From assembly GCA_030600585.1 (NCBI GenBank), contig JAUVLU010000008.1, positions 6,431 to 70,430 of the forward strand: a DNA stretch of 64,000 nt, in the 5' to 3' direction. This document shows positions 1 to 9,259 of this stretch, one piece after another. Both the position numbers and the translations under genes were made by a program. Under the pieces are notes generated by a model. That model saw only the letters and a list, made by a program, of their open reading frames with translations, was not told the DNA's origin and searched no databases. Source of the stretch: Candidatus Cloacimonadota bacterium. Lineage in GTDB: Bacteria; Cloacimonadota; Cloacimonadia; Cloacimonadales; TCS61. Positions within the stretch are counted from its first letter, which is position 1. Each line of letters starts with the position of its first letter.

Positions 1-1
1 A

Positions 2-463
2 GTAAACTCTACCAACCCGTATTCAGGCAAAGCACTTGAATTATATGAAAATGGACAGAAGGAGGAAGAAGTAACTTTCAAGGATGGGAAACTAGATGGA
101 TTACAAACTTCTTGGTATAAGAATGGGCAGAAGTCAGCAGAAGGAACTTTCAAAGATGGGGAAAATAATGGATTATCTACTTCTTGGCACGAAAATGGAC
201 AGAAATTGTCAGTAAAAACTTACAAAGATGGGAAGCAAGAAGGATTATCAACTTTTTGGTACAAAAATGGACAGAAACGGTTAGTACAAACTTACAAGGA
301 TGGTAAACAAGATGGATTATCAACTTTTTGGCTCGAAAATGGGCAGAAACAGGAAGAAGGAGCTTACAAAGAAGGGAAAAAAGATGGGAAATGGGTAATT
401 TGGTACAAGAATGGTCTAAAGTCGTTTGAGATAACTTACAAGGATGGACAAATGATTGACTGA
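2..463 (+). CDS. MORN-variant / YwqK-like repeat protein, C-terminal part (5' end lies outside the window)
   Basis: Frame 2 is open from the window edge to TGA 461-463. The translation is a run of ~23-aa units (..DGK..GL.T.WY.NGQK..) typical of MORN-variant/YwqK repeats. Track ORF 206..463 is only its tail. Confidence 0.55.
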   Translation, partial: VNSTNPYSGKALELYENGQKEEEVTFKDGKLDGLQTSWYKNGQKSAEGTFKDGENNGLSTSWHENGQKLSVKTYKDGKQEGLSTFWYKNGQKRLVQTYKDGKQDGLSTFWLENGQKQEEGAYKEGKKDGKWVIWYKNGLKSFEITYKDGQMID

Positions 464-688
464 AAAAAATATTACCTTTTACCTTGAAAATGTTTCTTTC
501 GATTTTTCTTCTTGTTTAACACTTTCAAGGTTAACCCGACTTTGAAACACTTTCAAGGTTAGTTTTATATTTTTTTTGAACCTTCCGAATCCTCATATAT
601 CAGTTAATTTGAGAGAAGGCTTCGGAAGGTATTCCCAATAGCCTGCCCGTTCACGGGTAGGATAAGATTTATCAATCAAGAAGAATGA

Positions 689-714
689 GGTTTCCAAGCT
701 GGGGCTTGGAAACC
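689..714. repeat. Perfect hairpin GGTTTCCAAGC-tggg-GCTTGGAAACC (CCAAGC hairpin family)
   Basis: 11-bp perfect inverted repeat with a 4-nt loop, read directly. The same 34-nt string (gaggtttccaagctggggcttggaaaccagaata) recurs at 51670-51703. Confidence 0.85.
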
Positions 715-789
715 AGAATATCAAACTTGGAAACCAGAATATCAAACTTGGAAACCAGAATATCAAACTTGGAAACCAGAATATCAAAC
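706..789. repeat. 21-bp tandem repeat, 4 exact copies (TTGGAAACCAGAATATCAAAC)
   Basis: Exact head-to-tail copies at 706, 727, 748 and 769. The first copy overlaps the 3' arm of the hairpin and the last overlaps the stop codon of the minus-strand gene ending at 784. Confidence 0.95.
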
Positions 790-2241
790 TATCACAGAAT
801 GAATCGGAATATCTTTTATTGATCTGCTTTCCAGAATATTATCTTTCAAACAGACAAAATTTGCTAATTTCCCTTTTTCAATTGTTCCGAATCGTTTTTC
901 ATCACCGGAGAGTATTGCTGCATTTTTTGTGTAAATTTCAATAGCCTGATAAGGTGTGAGTTGTTCTTTTTCGTTATGGATTCTGGTCGCAGCATCGATT
1001 CCCATTAAAGCGTTTAAATCTGTAATATACCAGTCAGAACCGCCGGTAAGCAAGATATTCCTATTATAAATTGAAGCAAGTCTATTGGTGCGGGAAGTTC
1101 TATCTTTTCCCAATCGTTTTTCGTAAAGTCCATTTTTACCAGCCCATAATCTATCAAACATCGGCTGCATCGCAGCACTCACGTTCGCTCTATCCATTCT
1201 ATCCAGCATTTCATCGGAAGTTAATTCATTATGAATTATTATATGTTTCAAATCTTTTGGATCTTCACTTTGAACAGTTTCGTAACAATTTAGTATTTGA
1301 GAGATCGCAGCATCACCAATACAATGAACGGCAACCTGCAAATCATTTTTATGAGCCTTCCGAATAAAATTTTTCCAGAAATCATCAGATCGATATAAAA
1401 TTCCGGATGTTTCAGGTTTATCGGAATATGGTTCTAATAAAGCTGCGGTATATGAACCGAGAGAACCATCTGCGAGAATACAACCGCCAATTCTACGAGA
1501 GCCAATTTCCAAAGCAATATCCACGTTTGTGATCTGCGGATAAATAATAAATTCTATTGGAAATAGATGTGAATTTTCTTTGATCAGTTTGTAATGCTTA
1601 ATATCGGAATAGGCATCACCGATCATTGTGTGAACGACAGTATGACCGTTTTGAAGAGCAATATTTGCAGCTTGCTGATACGCCTTAATTATTGCATCAT
1701 CGGTTAAATCTTTATGAAACCAGTTTGATGCTTTTCCGTTTGCACGTTTAAATAAATAACCGTTGAAATCTGAAGGAAGCGGCTTTTCCCAATCTATCAT
1801 TTTGGCAGCTTTGGAATTAATTACGCAGGCATGTCCATCAACTCGTCTTAAAATAAGAGGAATTTCGGGAAATATCTTATCGAGTTCGGAAATGGTCGGA
1901 AATCTTTTTTCTTTAATATTATTCTCATCAAAGTGAAAAGCAAAGATCTTTCCGCTAACCGGTTTTGTTTCCGCAAGAATTTCAAATACTTGATCGAGAT
2001 TTTCTGCATTTTCCAGATTTGCACTTAAACTGTATAATCCACCTTCGAATGAATGAGTATGAGTATCGATGAATCCGGGATAAATGAAATTGTTATGAAG
2101 ATCGATCTTCTCAACATTTTCAATTTGCGGAGTATGAATGAAAGTCTCTTTAATATATCCACTATCATCAACCAATACAGCAGAAACAGTATCATTTTTT
2201 TCCTTTATTGTATGAAATTGCGCATTATAAAATAATTTCAT
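784..2241 (-). CDS. Amidohydrolase-family metal-dependent hydrolase (YtcJ-like)
   Basis: 485-aa ORF. It has the N-terminal PGFIDTHTHS metal-binding motif and later HCIGD and GGSDW motifs typical of the amidohydrolase_3 family. Confidence 0.75.
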   Translation of the reverse strand: MKLFYNAQFHTIKEKNDTVSAVLVDDSGYIKETFIHTPQIENVEKIDLHNNFIYPGFIDTHTHSFEGGLYSLSANLENAENLDQVFEILAETKPVSGKIFAFHFDENNIKEKRFPTISELDKIFPEIPLILRRVDGHACVINSKAAKMIDWEKPLPSDFNGYLFKRANGKASNWFHKDLTDDAIIKAYQQAANIALQNGHTVVHTMIGDAYSDIKHYKLIKENSHLFPIEFIIYPQITNVDIALEIGSRRIGGCILADGSLGSYTAALLEPYSDKPETSGILYRSDDFWKNFIRKAHKNDLQVAVHCIGDAAISQILNCYETVQSEDPKDLKHIIIHNELTSDEMLDRMDRANVSAAMQPMFDRLWAGKNGLYEKRLGKDRTSRTNRLASIYNRNILLTGGSDWYITDLNALMGIDAATRIHNEKEQLTPYQAIEIYTKNAAILSGDEKRFGTIEKGKLANFVCLKDNILESRSIKDIPIHSVIV

Positions 2242-2377
2242 AATTATTCCTTAAGGTTAAAGAATTTAATTAACAACTAACAAGAACGAACAAAAACCAA
2301 AAATATTTTTATGTATTTCTTTTAAATATTTCCAAACTTTCAATATTCAACAATTTAACAATAATCTTCATTTTTTG

Positions 2378-3799
2378 TTAGCTTTTGTTAGCTGTTTTTT
2401 TATGTTTCATTTTCAAAAAATCAATGCCGGTATTTTGTTGTGCTCGTTTTATCAGTTCTTCACTAATTCTGTTATGATCATTAATGAGTTTTTTCAGATC
2501 AATGTCTGCTTTCCCGTTTTTGATGCGGATATTTCCGTTGATGATCAGGTAATCTATGGGTCGCATTCTTTGAGTGAAAACGAGTGCTGCCGGCGGATCT
2601 GAAAGTGAACCGGCGTATTCCAAAGACTTGAGTGAGAATAAAGCTATATCTGCCTGCTTCCCAACCGATAACTCTCCAATATCATCTCTTCCGAGAGCTG
2701 CTGCGCCTCCGCGAGTTGCAATGCGAAGAACGTCTCGTGCCGTTAACCAAAATTCAGGTTTTCGCAAACGACTGAGCAGCATTGCCTGTCGTATTTCCGA
2801 AAGCATGTTGCTGGAATCGTTAGAAGCAGAACCATCCACACCCAAACTTACAGCCACTCCTGCTTTCAGCATCTCTTTTATTTTGGCAATTCCTGAACCA
2901 AGACGCATATTGGAAGATGGACAGTGAGAAATTCCCATTCCGCATGCTCCCATTTTTTTTATCTCTTCATCAGAAAGATGAACTGCATGAGCTACCCAAG
3001 CATTTCCGCTGATCCAACCCAGCGATTCCAAATATTCTGCAGGTCGCATCCCAAATTTTTCAATGCAGAAATTTTCTTCATCAATTGTTTCTGCCAGGTG
3101 AGTGTGAAACATCAGATTTTTTTCTTTTGCTAACTTAGCTGTTTGTTTCATCAACTCTGATGTTACGGAAAATGGGGAACAGGGAGCCAGCGAAATTCGT
3201 ATCATTGCACCGTCTTCAGGATCGTGATATTTTTCTATTAAGCGAAGAGAATCCTTCATGATCTCTTCTTCAGTTTGAACTACATCATCCGGCGGAAGTC
3301 CTCCATCTTTTTTACTTAATGACATCGAGCCGCGGGTTGGTTGGAAACGAATTCCCAATTTCTGAGCTGCATTAATTTCAATATCTATAAGTTCATTATT
3401 GCATTTTGTTGGGAAGAGGTAAAGATGATCGGAACTGGTTGAAACGCCGCTTAACATCATCTCGAGAAGTCCTGTTTGAGCACTTGTAAAAATAACTTCA
3501 TCATCAACTTCGCGCCATACTTCATAATGGTTTACTAACCATGGGAACAGCTCTTCATCCTGCATTCGCGGGATGTTCCTGGTTAATGATTGAAATAAAT
3601 GGTGATGTGTATTGATGAATCCGGGCAGAACAATCATTCCCGATGCGTCTATCTCTTCATCAAAATTTCCTTTATATTGTTGTTTGCCAATAGAAACAAT
3701 TTTATCACCTTCGATAAGTATATGCCCGCCACTCCATTCATCCATATCATCATTCATCGTAGCGATGAAGCTTGGATTTTTTATTAAGATCTTTCTCAT
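2378..3799 (-). CDS. Amidohydrolase-superfamily deaminase/chlorohydrolase (8-oxoguanine deaminase / MtaD-like)
   Basis: 473-aa ORF with LPGFINTHHHLFQSLTR, HLAET and GVDGSASND motifs characteristic of the cytosine-deaminase-like chlorohydrolase subgroup. Its start overlaps the maf stop (ATGA). Confidence 0.7.
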   Translation of the reverse strand: MRKILIKNPSFIATMNDDMDEWSGGHILIEGDKIVSIGKQQYKGNFDEEIDASGMIVLPGFINTHHHLFQSLTRNIPRMQDEELFPWLVNHYEVWREVDDEVIFTSAQTGLLEMMLSGVSTSSDHLYLFPTKCNNELIDIEINAAQKLGIRFQPTRGSMSLSKKDGGLPPDDVVQTEEEIMKDSLRLIEKYHDPEDGAMIRISLAPCSPFSVTSELMKQTAKLAKEKNLMFHTHLAETIDEENFCIEKFGMRPAEYLESLGWISGNAWVAHAVHLSDEEIKKMGACGMGISHCPSSNMRLGSGIAKIKEMLKAGVAVSLGVDGSASNDSSNMLSEIRQAMLLSRLRKPEFWLTARDVLRIATRGGAAALGRDDIGELSVGKQADIALFSLKSLEYAGSLSDPPAALVFTQRMRPIDYLIINGNIRIKNGKADIDLKKLINDHNRISEELIKRAQQNTGIDFLKMKHKKTANKS

Positions 3800-4374
3800 A
3801 ATATTTCCTCTAATAATTTGTAAAAGCGATATACCGGAAATCCCATTACATTAAAATAACAACCTGAAATTCTTTTAACGAATTGACTTCCCATACCTTG
3901 TATCCCGTATGCGCCGGCTTTGTCCATTGGCTCTTTTGTATTAATATATTCTTCGATCTCTTTTGCAGTAAGGTTCCTAAAAAACACTTTTGTCTTTTCA
4001 TAACCGGAATATATTTGATTCTTATAAGAAATTGCAACACCTGTATAAACGTAGTGATATGTGCCGGAAAGACGGGTAAGAAATTCTGCGGCTTGATATT
4101 TATTTTCAGGTTTTTCTAAAATGTCTGAATCCTGATAGACAATTGTATCACTGCCAACGATCAAATAATCGTTATCTACAATTTTTCTTATAGCAAGAGC
4201 TTTATTCTCTGCATGTGTTGTTACAAGTTTTCGTGGGTTATTGCAGAAATTGCTCTCATCGATATGAGCCGGCATTTGCAGTGCTGTTATACCGATCATC
4301 TCGAATATATTTTGTCTGCGTGGTGAAGCAGATGCAAGAATCACCTTTTTATTTTTTAAAATTTCATGGATCAT
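3796..4374 (-). CDS. maf: Maf-like nucleoside triphosphate pyrophosphatase
   Basis: 192 aa with VILASASPRRQ near the N-terminus and KAGAYGIQG near the C-terminus, both hallmark Maf motifs. Confidence 0.85.
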   Translation of the reverse strand: MIHEILKNKKVILASASPRRQNIFEMIGITALQMPAHIDESNFCNNPRKLVTTHAENKALAIRKIVDNDYLIVGSDTIVYQDSDILEKPENKYQAAEFLTRLSGTYHYVYTGVAISYKNQIYSGYEKTKVFFRNLTAKEIEEYINTKEPMDKAGAYGIQGMGSQFVKRISGCYFNVMGFPVYRFYKLLEEIL

Positions 4375-4379
4375 TTTAA

Positions 4380-5135
4380 TTAATTCTTACTAAAAATTTT
4401 ATCAACCAGATTAGTCTGGGTCACATATTCGCGGATCATCATCAAATCCGGATGGAAATCCAGTTCACCCCAGTCAGCAGGAGTGCATTTTGAAAAATGT
4501 ACAGGATAGCCTTTGTTAATGATTTCCTGAATAGCTTTTAGATAAAAGACATTCTTATTTTCAGGATGACGAACCATCTCTTCCAGAATATTCACATATA
4601 TCTGCGGTCCGTGTCCACTGAACTTAATGATTCCTACCGATTCGCCATTAGCAATAGCTGGTTCTATCTTTTTGCTTACTTCCATCACTAAACCATCTTT
4701 ATGAATTATCTTCATATCGTCTTCATCATATTCATTTTTTTCATCCATCACCATTGTAATATTGTGTTTGCTTTTCAATAGATTAGTAATTACGGATGCA
4801 GTAAACATATCATCACCATTTATTGTAATAAATTCATCCTGCATAAAATGGCGTGCCATCCACACAGAGATCAGATTATTTGAAATATCATAGAAAGGAT
4901 TATATATTGTGTTAATGTTAAAATCTTTCTTATATTTATGTAGTTTTGCCTCGATCTGTTCTGCCCGGTAGCCAACAATAATAGTCACGTCAGAAATCCC
5001 TGCCTCTTGCAGGCTATGTAATTGTGCTTCCAATAAAGATAGCCCTTCTCCTACTTCCAAAAGACTTTTAGGTGTATTTTTGGTTAGAGGGTAAAGCCTG
5101 GTTCCCTTTCCGGCTGAAATTAAAATAGCTCTCAT
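4380..5135 (-). CDS. Nucleotidyltransferase (NTP_transferase fold, LicC-like alcohol/sugar-phosphate cytidylyl/uridylyltransferase)
   Basis: The protein starts MRAILISAGKGTRLYPLTKNTPKSLL (G-x-G-T-R-L signature). I prefer the ATG at 5135, which has GAAGGA 8 nt upstream, over the track start at 5153. Confidence 0.7.
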   Translation of the reverse strand: MRAILISAGKGTRLYPLTKNTPKSLLEVGEGLSLLEAQLHSLQEAGISDVTIIVGYRAEQIEAKLHKYKKDFNINTIYNPFYDISNNLISVWMARHFMQDEFITINGDDMFTASVITNLLKSKHNITMVMDEKNEYDEDDMKIIHKDGLVMEVSKKIEPAIANGESVGIIKFSGHGPQIYVNILEEMVRHPENKNVFYLKAIQEIINKGYPVHFSKCTPADWGELDFHPDLMMIREYVTQTNLVDKIFSKN

Positions 5136-5539
5136 AATTATTCCTTCTCTCATTATTTTCTTATAACCACAAAAAGGTTGTAATAATAAGTGTCCATAAT
5201 TTTATTGGCTTGAATTCTAAACTTGACAATATTTCGTACTAAAATTTCCTCCAAAATGATTTGATGAGAGTAATTAAAAATAAGATGAAAGGATAACTCA
5301 TGAAAAAGTTAATAATGACGAATTACTGTGGAATAATGGATTAACAGTAGATGAATTTCTTAGGGAAAATCATTTCTTGATTCATCTCTATATTGCTATA
5401 ATTAATGGTAAGTTCATCAATAAGAAATTCTATAATGTCCAAATAATTAACGACGATGATGATATTAAGATGATACATTTGATAGCTGGAGATTAAGGAT
5501 AATTTGCTGATCAGTTACTATGAAAGGGATTTGTAATAT

Positions 5540-6451
5540 ATGAAAAATAAGAACAAAAAATTTAAGGAATATAACAAGCAGATATTTAAAGAGTATAGAA
5601 AAACTTTGAAACATATGGTATTTGATGAAACATTAACCCTATATATATTAAGACCGATTGCTTTCATTTTTGTTAAATTGCTCTATCCCACAAACATAAC
5701 CCCGAATCAGGTTTCACTGATGTCGATAATTATGGGAATGATGAGTGGTTATTTCTTTTCTCGTGGAGATGTAACAAGCTATTTTATTGCAGGGTTTTTT
5801 TATTTTATCTGTCTAATTTTGGATTGTGTGGATGGCATGATCGCTCGTTTAAAAAAGAATGGAACGCCTGTCGGACGGATCGTTGATGGATTTGCAGATT
5901 ATATCGTGGGAATTTCCGTTTATATCGGTTTGGGAATCGGATTTTCCAAAGGCATGGTGAATATTGATTTTTGGCCTTATTCTCCATTGATATTATTATT
6001 TTTTGCAGCTGCCAGTCATATCTTTCATGCTATGATCGTAGATTATTATCGTGTGGAATTTATGAGTCACGGACTGGGGAAAGTTACTTCCGTATGGGAA
6101 GAAAAACGTATTTTTACAGAAGAAATGAATAAAATTAAACATATACCCGGCAAATGGTTGGATAAAATATTAATATCGGTTTATCTAGGATATTCTCATC
6201 TTCAAATATTTCATCTGAATGAACAACAGCATTATAACCGAAGAGCCTACTACAAATCAAATAAATTTATTATATTTCTTTGGTTCTGGATTGGCCCAAC
6301 TGCTCATGTATTTGTACTGATTATATCGGCTTTTTTTTACAGACCGATCATCTACTTTGTTTTTACTATTGGACTTGCTAATATTTATATGCTGATTCTA
6401 TGGATAATACAGGTGAAAATAAAACAGAGATTGAGAAGAAATCAAGTATAG
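5540..6451 (+). CDS. CDP-alcohol phosphatidyltransferase family membrane protein
   Basis: DCVDGMIARLKKNGTPVGRIVDGFADYI matches the D-x2-D-G-x2-A-R-x8-G-x3-D-x3-D signature. Multiple hydrophobic segments are present. Confidence 0.8.
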   Translation: MKNKNKKFKEYNKQIFKEYRKTLKHMVFDETLTLYILRPIAFIFVKLLYPTNITPNQVSLMSIIMGMMSGYFFSRGDVTSYFIAGFFYFICLILDCVDGMIARLKKNGTPVGRIVDGFADYIVGISVYIGLGIGFSKGMVNIDFWPYSPLILLFFAAASHIFHAMIVDYYRVEFMSHGLGKVTSVWEEKRIFTEEMNKIKHIPGKWLDKILISVYLGYSHLQIFHLNEQQHYNRRAYYKSNKFIIFLWFWIGPTAHVFVLIISAFFYRPIIYFVFTIGLANIYMLILWIIQVKIKQRLRRNQV

Positions 6452-6493
6452 ATAAAATTTTAAGTTACAATTAAAAGTGGCATTTTTATTTGG

Positions 6494-7564
6494 TTATTCG
6501 TGTTCTTTCTTAATTTTTTCAATAAAATCTATAGCACGTTGTGTTGATTTTCCATCGTTAAAATAGAAACAGTCAAAAAGCATTTTTTGATGTATCTCTT
6601 TATACTTATTTTTTGCCAGATTATATGAAATCATATCCACAAGTGGAATTGATTCATCATAAATATCCACGTTATTCAGAATATTCATCTCGTCCGGCAT
6701 TTTGTGTAATTTCTTATATTGGTTGTCGATTATGATCAGTGGTTTTCCGGTAATTAAATATTCATAATTCACAGAAGATGTATCACTTATCATCATATCG
6801 GAAACTGCGAAATCATACATTGTATCATTAAATCGCAAGTTGGAAGGATTAGAGAAATAGATATTCTTCAGACCTTTAAATTTTGCCCATATTTTAATCT
6901 CGGGAATATGCTTTGCATCATGAGAATGCGGACGGATAATCAGGTTATATTTTGGCGAAATTTCCTGGCAGAATTTTTTTACGTATTTGTCAAATGTACC
7001 ATTTCCGAATCGCCAAGTAGGTGCATAAAGAACTGTTTTCCTACTACGATCTTTTATCCCAAGTCTTTTAAATACAGCATCTTTGTCTATATTACCATTT
7101 AAATATTCATCAAATCGCATATTACCGATCTTTATTAATCGTTCTGAAGGAATATCTACACCAGAATCATTCAATCTGGCTAAGTGCTTTGGACCGGAGA
7201 TAAAAATATATTCGTAATTTAATAGATTTTCAGGTCCAACCCGATTGCCGCCATAAGGTTTATCTCCGGTACCATGACCAACAAAAATGCGGATACATTT
7301 GCCCGGTTCACTCTTAATATTGATATTTGAATGAGAAAAGATAATTCCTTTACCATCAAATTTTTGTGTAATATTTCTTTTTATTACCCTCGGAGAATTC
7401 AAAAATGTATGATACTGTGATTCCTTATTCATTCCCCTGAAATAACGTTTAAATTGGAGTAAACGATCAAATTTCTTCACAACATAAATACCCCCAATAT
7501 TTTCATAAATAGGTTTGGAATAGGAAAATTGATACATCTGAAATGCATAATAATAAATATTCAT
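6494..7564 (-). CDS. CDP-glycerol glycerophosphotransferase family protein (TagB/TagF-like), paralog 3
   Basis: 356 aa with VLYAPTWR and ISDTSSVNYEYLITGKP motifs typical of the Glyphos_transf domain. Confidence 0.75.
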   Translation of the reverse strand: MNIYYYAFQMYQFSYSKPIYENIGGIYVVKKFDRLLQFKRYFRGMNKESQYHTFLNSPRVIKRNITQKFDGKGIIFSHSNINIKSEPGKCIRIFVGHGTGDKPYGGNRVGPENLLNYEYIFISGPKHLARLNDSGVDIPSERLIKIGNMRFDEYLNGNIDKDAVFKRLGIKDRSRKTVLYAPTWRFGNGTFDKYVKKFCQEISPKYNLIIRPHSHDAKHIPEIKIWAKFKGLKNIYFSNPSNLRFNDTMYDFAVSDMMISDTSSVNYEYLITGKPLIIIDNQYKKLHKMPDEMNILNNVDIYDESIPLVDMISYNLAKNKYKEIHQKMLFDCFYFNDGKSTQRAIDFIEKIKKEHE

Positions 7565-7567
7565 TAT

Positions 7568-8170
7568 TTACTCCTCAGTCTGCACAATGGCATTGTCGTC
7601 TTTTTTGAAGTTCCACACTTTTACCGGTATTTTCCAGTCACCGTAACGATAGGTGAGGTAGTCTTCATAATCTTTGGGAATGAGATAATCTTTTCTATCA
7701 AATTTGATTTTAGAAAGTTCATCGTAATACTTAGCAGGAGATGATTTGAGTACCGGTGATTTGATGCCTACCGTCCAAAAATATTCATTATCTACTTTCC
7801 GTTTCAGAAAAATGTCCAGCATCACTTCTCCCTTTTTCAGGAATTTTTCGTAGTTACGCACCTTTATCATACGTAGTTCACCCTTTTTAAAAGGTTCCAT
7901 ATTCCGATTATAAAATCTGGTGCTGATGCGATATCCCTTAAAAAAAAGTTTTATGGCTATCCTTAACAGTTTCCAGCGATCAGTTATGTACATTGAAATA
8001 TCCATATCGTTATCCCAAGGTAATAATCTATTTTCACGGATAACACCCAAAAGTGTGCCACCTTCTAACCAATAATTTACTCCGGATTTTTCCAGTTCTG
8101 ATGTCACAGTATGTAACAATTTCAGTGCAATCTCAATATTCTTTCCTTCTAATCTGGTTTTCCCCGACAC
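7568..8170 (-). CDS. LicD-family phosphotransferase (phosphocholine / polyol-phosphate transferase)
   Basis: YWLEGGTLLGVIRENRLLPWDNDMDI is the LicD signature. A GTG start immediately follows the upstream stop. Confidence 0.8.
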   Translation of the reverse strand: MSGKTRLEGKNIEIALKLLHTVTSELEKSGVNYWLEGGTLLGVIRENRLLPWDNDMDISMYITDRWKLLRIAIKLFFKGYRISTRFYNRNMEPFKKGELRMIKVRNYEKFLKKGEVMLDIFLKRKVDNEYFWTVGIKSPVLKSSPAKYYDELSKIKFDRKDYLIPKDYEDYLTYRYGDWKIPVKVWNFKKDDNAIVQTEE

Positions 8171-9259
8171 TTATTTCTCCTTCATTATTTCATCGATCTT
8201 AGCTTTCACTCTCTGTGAAGATTTACCATCTAATCCTATAAAAAAATAGTTGCGATATTCTTCCAGCTTTCTCTTCATTTCCGGTGTGGGATTCAAAGCA
8301 GATTTCACAGCAGGAAGCAGGTCTTCCGGTTTATACATTTTTGGAAAAGCCCCTTCCAACCAATCTTTCGGATCGATAGAAACGGATTCCATCCCATCCG
8401 AATGCTTCAATTTGGAATTTGGAAGAACGTATATAATTCCAAATTTTCCCAAAGCCAGAAATTCATTGATAACACTCGAAGTATCACTGATGAGCGTATC
8501 GGATAGAAATAGATATGGATAAATATCGTAATCTTCTTTTTCAATTAGGAATACATCTTTGTGTTTCTTTGCCAGTTTTTCATAGAATTTGTGCTGGGAA
8601 TGAGAAGCATATTTTCCACCCCAACTGTAAGGATGAAGCTTAATGATCAGATTGTATTTCGGCAGAAGATTGGTGATGCGTGATTGCACATAACTTATAC
8701 AACTTGGTTTGTAGGAAGGCGCAAAAAGCACGGTTTTTTTATTCGGATCTATTCCAAGATTTTTAATTAGTTTTTTGTTATCATAATAACCATCCCAAAA
8801 TAACGGATCAAGTTTTGGAATACCAGTCAGATAAAAATCAGCAACATTTTCCCAGCCAAGACTTTTTATATAATCGTACCAACATTGACCTTCCAGAAAA
8901 ACGTGATAATGGTAATCTTTTTGTTTTTTGATATTTCTGATGCGTAACGTTTTTGTGCCGACTCCATGATCAAGGTGAACACGGACAACATCTCCATAAT
9001 GCTGAGGATATTTTAAAACATCACCGCAAACGACCAGATCAAAACCTTCCGTTTTATCTGTTAATTTCAATCCCAATTTCAATAATTTTTCTTCGATCTG
9101 CTTTTTTTGAGGGATCAGAAAAATTCCTAAAAACCTTTTTTCATCTTTTCCTACATAAAATTGAATATCATATTCAGGATCTTTTTTCAATTCCTCATAA
9201 ACAGGCTGCAACGAATTAAAATAATATTCTTTTTTTAAATCGAATAACACTTTTATCAT
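8171..9259 (-). CDS. CDP-glycerol glycerophosphotransferase family protein (TagB/TagF-like), paralog 2
   Basis: 362 aa with VLFAPSYKP and ISDTSSVINEFLALGK motifs. It overlaps the upstream gene by 1 nt. Confidence 0.75.
   Translation of the reverse strand: MIKVLFDLKKEYYFNSLQPVYEELKKDPEYDIQFYVGKDEKRFLGIFLIPQKKQIEEKLLKLGLKLTDKTEGFDLVVCGDVLKYPQHYGDVVRVHLDHGVGTKTLRIRNIKKQKDYHYHVFLEGQCWYDYIKSLGWENVADFYLTGIPKLDPLFWDGYYDNKKLIKNLGIDPNKKTVLFAPSYKPSCISYVQSRITNLLPKYNLIIKLHPYSWGGKYASHSQHKFYEKLAKKHKDVFLIEKEDYDIYPYLFLSDTLISDTSSVINEFLALGKFGIIYVLPNSKLKHSDGMESVSIDPKDWLEGAFPKMYKPEDLLPAVKSALNPTPEMKRKLEEYRNYFFIGLDGKSSQRVKAKIDEIMKEK

Noticed and set aside
593-787. Track ORF (64 aa, minus strand) reading MIFWFPSLIFWFPSL...
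   Set aside because: It is simply the translation of the 21-bp tandem repeat and the adjacent hairpins. It has no RBS and its periodic sequence is dictated by the repeat.
706-789. Possible CRISPR array
   Set aside because: The repeats are directly adjacent with no spacers, the unit is only 21 bp, and no cas genes are nearby. It is a plain tandem repeat.
5154-5539. Small ORF MKKLIMTNYCGIMD (5299-5343) and TTGACA-type promoter guesses in the divergent spacer
   Set aside because: The peptide is too short and has only weak RBS context. The spacing between candidate -35 and -10 hexamers did not fit, so no promoter is reported.
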